Part shown: positions 59,382 through 64,000 of the stretch, piece by piece
Position numbering within the stretch: the first letter of the stretch is position 1
Layout of the letters: each line of letters starts with the position of its first letter
Source of the DNA: Nitrososphaerales archaeon
GTDB lineage: Archaea; Thermoproteota; Nitrososphaeria; Nitrososphaerales; UBA213
DNA length: 64,000 bases
Reading direction: 5' to 3'
Assembly (NCBI GenBank): GCA_965197925.1
Contig: CBDAOC010000014.1
Location: forward strand, 2,271 to 66,270
The notes under the pieces: model-generated
What the model saw: the letters and a program-made list of their open reading frames with translations, nothing else
What the model was told of the DNA's origin: nothing
Databases searched by the model: none
Position numbers and translations under genes: made by a program

Positions 59382-59554
59382 GAACTAATTTAGACGCGGC
59401 GGATTAATTATTAGAAATCGCATTATGGATAAAGATCGCGAAGATCTCATAATAATCGGATGCGGATAGTCGGATACTGGAGTCGGATATTTGGCAAAAG
59501 GTATGATAGCAAAGGCAGATTTCAGCTGTAAAGCTACCTTTGCTCGTCTTTTTC

Positions 59555-60205
59555 GGCCCATACGGGCCGCCAAAAGCGGTGCTGACGGTGCTGACGGGAG
59601 CGGACAAAATTTGTGTCAGCACCGTCAAGTCAATGGCCACAAGGCTCCCACTTAACGATGCTGACACTTTTAAGATATTTTAAACTATGTTAAGTTAAGT
59701 AAATACTCATTAAGTATTTTGGAATAAAACACTTATCATAGAATAATATATCTTTACAACTCACTTAACGGATGCTAACCTATTTTAGCAAAACACTTAT
59801 CATAGAATAACAACAATTTGTTGATTAGTCAACTTATGATAACCGTTGAATTGTTTGTGTAGTAAACAGACGATAACCATTGTATGTATTTGTAGTAAAA
59901 TCCCGTCCAGTAAACATATGATAACCTATTTCTATTCTGGCACGCCTCAATAAAAGATATATTTTATCTTTTATTACTTACTTGATAAATATGTTTATTT
60001 ATGGTATAATATGATTAGTAGGTTTGATTAGGGTTTTGGGTGTCATAATGTCGGATGCGCGTCACGCGTCAACAGCGCTTCACGGATGCACGGCCCCATT
60101 GACGCGGCGGTGTCTATGCACGGCCCCATTGAGTTTGTAAATCCGACCTGCGGCCCCATTGGTGTGGCGGTGCTGACAACGGTGCTGACAACGGTGCTGA
60201 CGTTA
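59555..60205. repeat. Second origin-like region with GTGCTGAC iterons, CCATTG boxes and AT-rich core
   Basis: Same motifs as 23530-23862; AAAACACTTATCATAGAATAA occurs twice in the core. Confidence 0.6.
59982..60010 (+). promoter_or_regulatory. Early promoter
   Basis: TTGATA-N17-TATAAT with extended TG. Confidence 0.65.
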
Positions 60206-60286
60206 GCATAGAATAAGTATTTTATGCTAACTATATTGAGAGTATGAAACTTATGATATAATAACCTATAGGAGATAATAGCAGTT

Positions 60287-60535
60287 ATGAAAGAGCAAAA
60301 CGAGCGCAGATCAGAGGATATAAGCATTAGGTTAGTCCAAGACCTTGTAAACTATGGTCATATGGAAATACAAGATGACTTGTCCATCTTATGGATTGGC
60401 GAGATTTGGCTTCCTTCAATAGGATGCCTTGATGTTATTGAGAGAATGAAGAATGGAGAGAACTTTGAGAGAAAGAACTTTAGTATTAGAATGTATGCTG
60501 ATGACATATATTCAATTGATATATTAAATCTATAA
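60287..60535 (+). CDS. Hypothetical early protein
   Basis: ORF with AGGAG upstream. Confidence 0.55.
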   Translation: MKEQNERRSEDISIRLVQDLVNYGHMEIQDDLSILWIGEIWLPSIGCLDVIERMKNGENFERKNFSIRMYADDIYSIDILNL

Positions 60536-60546
60536 GGAGACATATA

Positions 60547-60822
60547 ATGCAAGGTATCATTGAACGAGGTGAAAATGGAGATTTCAGGCTTGATGTGGTC
60601 AAAGATGAGCATATTGTCAGATCATACAGAATTGTTGGAAGCTCTATAGACAAAAATGTTAAGATGATGGTTGGTAGATATGATGGCAATTTGGAAGTCG
60701 GTGAAGAATATAAAGAGCGAGTATTGGCAACTGGGACACATAGAGAAATGTATTACAAAATGCTAAGTATAGCAGCAGATGCTAACACAAGCATGGGTGT
60801 TATTGATATATTAAATCTATAA
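60547..60822 (+). CDS. Hypothetical early protein
   Basis: AAGGAG RBS. Confidence 0.6.
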   Translation: MQGIIERGENGDFRLDVVKDEHIVRSYRIVGSSIDKNVKMMVGRYDGNLEVGEEYKERVLATGTHREMYYKMLSIAADANTSMGVIDILNL

Positions 60823-60932
60823 CATGACAAGATGACTCTTCGGAGTCATCGGAGTATATTAAATGGGCTTATTAACAGAGGTTATACTAAACTAAGCAGC
60901 CTCATTCATGTATCAACAAGGAGATATAGAAT

Positions 60933-61304
60933 ATGTTAGAAAAGCAACAACTGAAACACTTGATGGACACAGGATACAAAGTCCAGCAAGTCAACTTATA
61001 TTTCACTGCTGATCCAGTCCCTGATAAGACTAAGATAGCAGCAGATATTAAGTCTTGGCGGATAACGATGCATATCTCATCCTTCAATGACTATTCAGCA
61101 ATGGCGAATCATCTTGAAAGATTAGTTGAAAGCTATTTAGATGCTAATCTTTACATAACTGATGTTAAAGCAGTTCGTATCGGTTTGATATGGGAAAGAA
61201 AAGAAGAATATGGAACATCAGTTGAGTTCTGTGATTGTATCGTCCGTTCATCTTCGGAAATGTCCGAAGTATCAGATCAAATCATTAACCTTAGTTGGTT
61301 ATAG
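60933..61304 (+). CDS. Hypothetical early protein
   Basis: GGAG RBS. Confidence 0.6.
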   Translation: MLEKQQLKHLMDTGYKVQQVNLYFTADPVPDKTKIAADIKSWRITMHISSFNDYSAMANHLERLVESYLDANLYITDVKAVRIGLIWERKEEYGTSVEFCDCIVRSSSEMSEVSDQIINLSWL

Positions 61305-61349
61305 GTAAGATCAATCCACCTGTATTCAGGTGTCAAGGAGTATTAAAAT

Positions 61350-61517
61350 ATGTTAGATCAAGCTACGTTAGACCTGATGGAAAAGAACTTTGGCGCGAAT
61401 GAAACTAAGATGTCTCAAGACAGATTTCGTAGATCTGATATTGATGAGAAAATGCGTATTAAGCGCAAGAACAACCGCAAGCAAGCTAAAAATGCTCGCA
61501 GACGTAATAGGAGATAG
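61350..61517 (+). CDS. 55-aa protein with Arg/Lys-rich C-terminus (not in ORF track)
   Basis: MLDQATLDLMEK...KRKNNRKQAKNARRRNRR; AAGGAG RBS. Confidence 0.55.
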   Translation: MLDQATLDLMEKNFGANETKMSQDRFRRSDIDEKMRIKRKNNRKQAKNARRRNRR

Positions 61518-61522
61518 TAACT

Positions 61523-61825
61523 ATGGAAACTCGCAAGTATATCCTAACAGTAAAATGTAAGGATGAAGAACATGCTGACTGTAACTTCAACGACTTAGAA
61601 GAACTGCTTACTGACCTTCGTGACGAACACAAAGTCATTGAGGGATATAAGCTTGAGATAGTTGAAGAGGAAGAGGAAACTATGTATTGCACAATGACTT
61701 ATGAAGAACAAGAGCATTATGGGCAATGCGTGGATCCTCAATGTCCATACTATCAGAATATGAGTGAAGAAAAGAGAGTTAATGCTATTAGAATGGGTAT
61801 GATGAGTAACTCTAACATTCAATAA
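61523..61825 (+). CDS. Hypothetical early protein
   Basis: AGGAG RBS; acidic, with Cys/His clusters. Confidence 0.6.
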   Translation: METRKYILTVKCKDEEHADCNFNDLEELLTDLRDEHKVIEGYKLEIVEEEEETMYCTMTYEEQEHYGQCVDPQCPYYQNMSEEKRVNAIRMGMMSNSNIQ

Positions 61826-61852
61826 CTAAGCAACTCACATATAGGAGATATA

Positions 61853-62140
61853 ATGCCAAGATCAACTTACGAAGTAACTCAAGATTTGATTGATAACCCT
61901 AAAGTTGAACCTCATATTGGTTGTGATTGTTTTCTACATCATACACTGAAACCTCACTTTGGTGACGATGTAGTTTTTGGATTTGAAATTGCTAATATCA
62001 ATGATTACGAATTTAAAGTTCTCAAAAACCTTAGGTTGTGGCAGATCAGAGCATTTCAATATGAGCCAATAGAACCTATCACTATATTTGTTGATACAGA
62101 TGATCACACTATAGGTATAATAGGAGAAGACGATGCCTAA
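61853..62140 (+). CDS. Hypothetical early protein
   Basis: AGGAG RBS. Confidence 0.6.
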   Translation: MPRSTYEVTQDLIDNPKVEPHIGCDCFLHHTLKPHFGDDVVFGFEIANINDYEFKVLKNLRLWQIRAFQYEPIEPITIFVDTDDHTIGIIGEDDA

Positions 62141-62426
62141 AGCAGCTTTTTCAAACTATCAAACAGCCCCTGCTTATGAAAACATTGATATTGATGAGAT
62201 GGTAATCCACGTTATAGCTCCTCAAGAATGTGATAATCCAATTGTATACAATATAATCTCTAAAGAAGAGTTTATATCTGTTCAAGAAGAAGATTATCAT
62301 GTGGATCTCATCATAATATCGTTTACATCCATAGATCACGGAGGGTCATCTTGGTTGTATTACAATCATTTTGAGAGCTGGAAAGACTTTATAGAGTTTT
62401 CTAAAACTGTAAAGTTTGGTATGTAA
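62133..62426 (+). CDS. Hypothetical early protein
   Basis: AGGAG RBS, overlapping the previous stop. Confidence 0.6.
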   Translation: MPKAAFSNYQTAPAYENIDIDEMVIHVIAPQECDNPIVYNIISKEEFISVQEEDYHVDLIIISFTSIDHGGSSWLYYNHFESWKDFIEFSKTVKFGM

Positions 62427-62430
62427 ACTA

Positions 62431-62496
62431 AGCAACACGAAAGACCTGATGCTCAATCAGGTCTCGGAGGCATAGCCTTCCTGATGAGTAGTTGCT
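62431..62496 (+). ncRNA. Hammerhead ribozyme, type II
   Basis: AGCAAC-AC-GAAA-GACCTGAT-GCTCA-ATCAGGTC-TC-GGAGGC-ATA-GCCTTC-CTGATGA-GT-A-GTTGCT: complete core and three stems; predicted cut after CUC at 62465. Confidence 0.85.
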
Positions 62497-62566
62497 AAAA
62501 CGTGAATACACGTTATCTTTTCATTAGCTGAAATAACTTTGACATATAGAATAGGAGAATTATCTA

Positions 62567-62980
62567 ATGAGTGAACAGACTAATCCCGCTCCGAGTAATT
62601 TTCATATTGATGAGTATGCTACATGGATAAAAGAGTGTAAAAAGACTTTCCACAAGCAAGTTAGAAGCAATGCTCGTGGAAGAGGTGAGAAGGTATTCAA
62701 ATCCTTTCACGGATTTGATGAAGACGGAAATTCCGAATTTGCTTACTTTCACCTTGAGAAGTGTAGTCCAACTCACTATAACATTCTTATATCAGCACCT
62801 TATCTCAATGACGATATAGATTTAACCAGTGTAAACTATACATCAAGAGGATTCACATATATTGCAGCTCTTGAAAAAGGTTTACGGTGGGACGGTGGCA
62901 GAATAAGGCATAAGATTGAAATGGCGATCACTGGTGGCGATAGAGATGATGTAGATATGTTTGAGGAGGACAGTGTATAA
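62567..62980 (+). CDS. Hypothetical early protein
   Basis: AGGAG RBS; follows the hammerhead. Confidence 0.6.
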   Translation: MSEQTNPAPSNFHIDEYATWIKECKKTFHKQVRSNARGRGEKVFKSFHGFDEDGNSEFAYFHLEKCSPTHYNILISAPYLNDDIDLTSVNYTSRGFTYIAALEKGLRWDGGRIRHKIEMAITGGDRDDVDMFEEDSV

Positions 62981-63318
62981 TGTATTTAGAATGGAGTAAG
63001 GAAACTAATCAATTATGGATCAACGGAGTCCATCATGGGCCTCTGCATGTAGTTAGAGTTGACCACGATAATCAACTTCTTATTCTTAAAGCAGATGGTT
63101 ATCAAGTAGATGGATACTATATGACAACTGAGTTTCAAGTATGGAAGATCAGTCAGTTTGTCGTAAACGAGAATTTCATTAACATGCAAGGCGATCAGCT
63201 TATTATCTTTCCTTCAAGAAGTATGACTTATTGTAATGCTTCTAATATCATAGAAAACACCAAAGATTATGAAGATTACTTGAAATACTCTCAAATGGAG
63301 GTTATAGTCAACGTATAA
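62980..63318 (+). CDS. Hypothetical early protein
   Basis: GAGGAGG RBS, TAATG coupling. Confidence 0.6.
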   Translation: MYLEWSKETNQLWINGVHHGPLHVVRVDHDNQLLILKADGYQVDGYYMTTEFQVWKISQFVVNENFINMQGDQLIIFPSRSMTYCNASNIIENTKDYEDYLKYSQMEVIVNV

Positions 63319-63482
63319 ATAACAAAGCCCCACTCAACGACAACCTGTATGCAGGTTTTCCATAAGTGGGGCTGGGCGAGAGGCAGGGAAGCGAAGATGA
63401 GGGACTCGCCAACGAAGCCCCCTCAGAACAGAGTGATGCACACTCAGAAACTCGCAGACTTCTTGGATTGGGAGATGATGAT

Positions 63483-63857
63483 ATGTCTGAATTAGAAAAG
63501 TATCAAGACGAATTCCCGTCAACTGTTGATACGAGTAGAACTCCAGTTGAAGAACAAATTGTTTCATATCTCCAAGATCATCCAATCGGATACGCTTTTT
63601 CAAGTGAAATATCCCAAGTTATCCGTATACGAGAAGAGGACGCATATGAGATATGTAATGAATTGGTAAGAAACAGAAAGATTAGCTCATTCAACATTAT
63701 AGTTTCGCTTATTGGTGATATCTACGCTTGGTATATATCAACTAATCGCCAAATCCCTTTGAATGATGACGGAACTCTCGGTTATGAGGAGTTTCATAAT
63801 TCAATCGCACAAGCTGTATCTAATCAAGATGCAGCGGTCGGAAGGCGTGGGGAATGA
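63483..63857 (+). CDS. Winged-helix-like protein (start uncertain)
   Basis: EEQIVSYLQDHP...SSEISQVI...AYEICNELVRNRKI; GGAG precedes MSELEK. Confidence 0.5.
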   Translation: MSELEKYQDEFPSTVDTSRTPVEEQIVSYLQDHPIGYAFSSEISQVIRIREEDAYEICNELVRNRKISSFNIIVSLIGDIYAWYISTNRQIPLNDDGTLGYEEFHNSIAQAVSNQDAAVGRRGE

Positions 63858-64000
63858 CGAGGCATCCGACAACGAAGCAGCCTCTAAACAGAGTGACGCA
63901 CACTCACAACAGAGATATCCAACAGCTGATGAACTTGATCATAAGGTTATTACTCTACTATCAAGAGAATCTGACAGATTAACATTGCAAGACATTTTAG

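Noticed and set aside
1-64000. Integrase/lysogeny module or alternative genetic code
   Set aside because: No recombinase recognised in the window; core genes are intact under the standard code, with all three stop codons used.

Overview
This window is most of a tailed dsDNA phage genome, AT-rich and probably a siphovirus (long tape measure, no sheath gene recognised). It likely infects a diderm host, since it encodes an outer-membrane beta-barrel and lipoproteins. Layout: (i) + strand genes at 1-2.6 kb (ParB-like, MazG-like, RNase H-like); (ii) a - strand late block at 2.7-20 kb with terminase small and large subunits, a 2009-aa fibre/adhesin, an aerolysin-like beta-pore-forming protein, a collagen-repeat lipoprotein, an atypical tRNA(CAU) with an adjacent structured RNA, and an endolysin; (iii) a + strand DNA-metabolism block at 20-29.3 kb (SSAP-like, Dam-type methylase, RusA, DarG-like macrodomain, origin-like repeats, primase-helicase); (iv) a - strand head/tail block at 29.3-56 kb (portal, Acb2/Tad1-like protein, protease/scaffold, capsid, tail tube, frameshifted chaperone, tape measure, Ig-repeat tail proteins, glycosyltransferase, FkbM methyltransferase, YY-repeat protein); (v) a repeat-rich non-coding region and + strand early-like small genes at 56-64 kb. 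The most notable signal is RNA-level: two intergenic type II hammerhead ribozymes in the early region (57854-57917, 62431-62496), a third candidate structured RNA, and a strand-biased CGGAT cluster. There is also a dispersed set of GC-rich DNA motifs (GGCCC-N4-GGGCC, a CCATTG box, and a ~100 bp duplicated element). All protein calls come from motif recognition by eye; no database searches were run.
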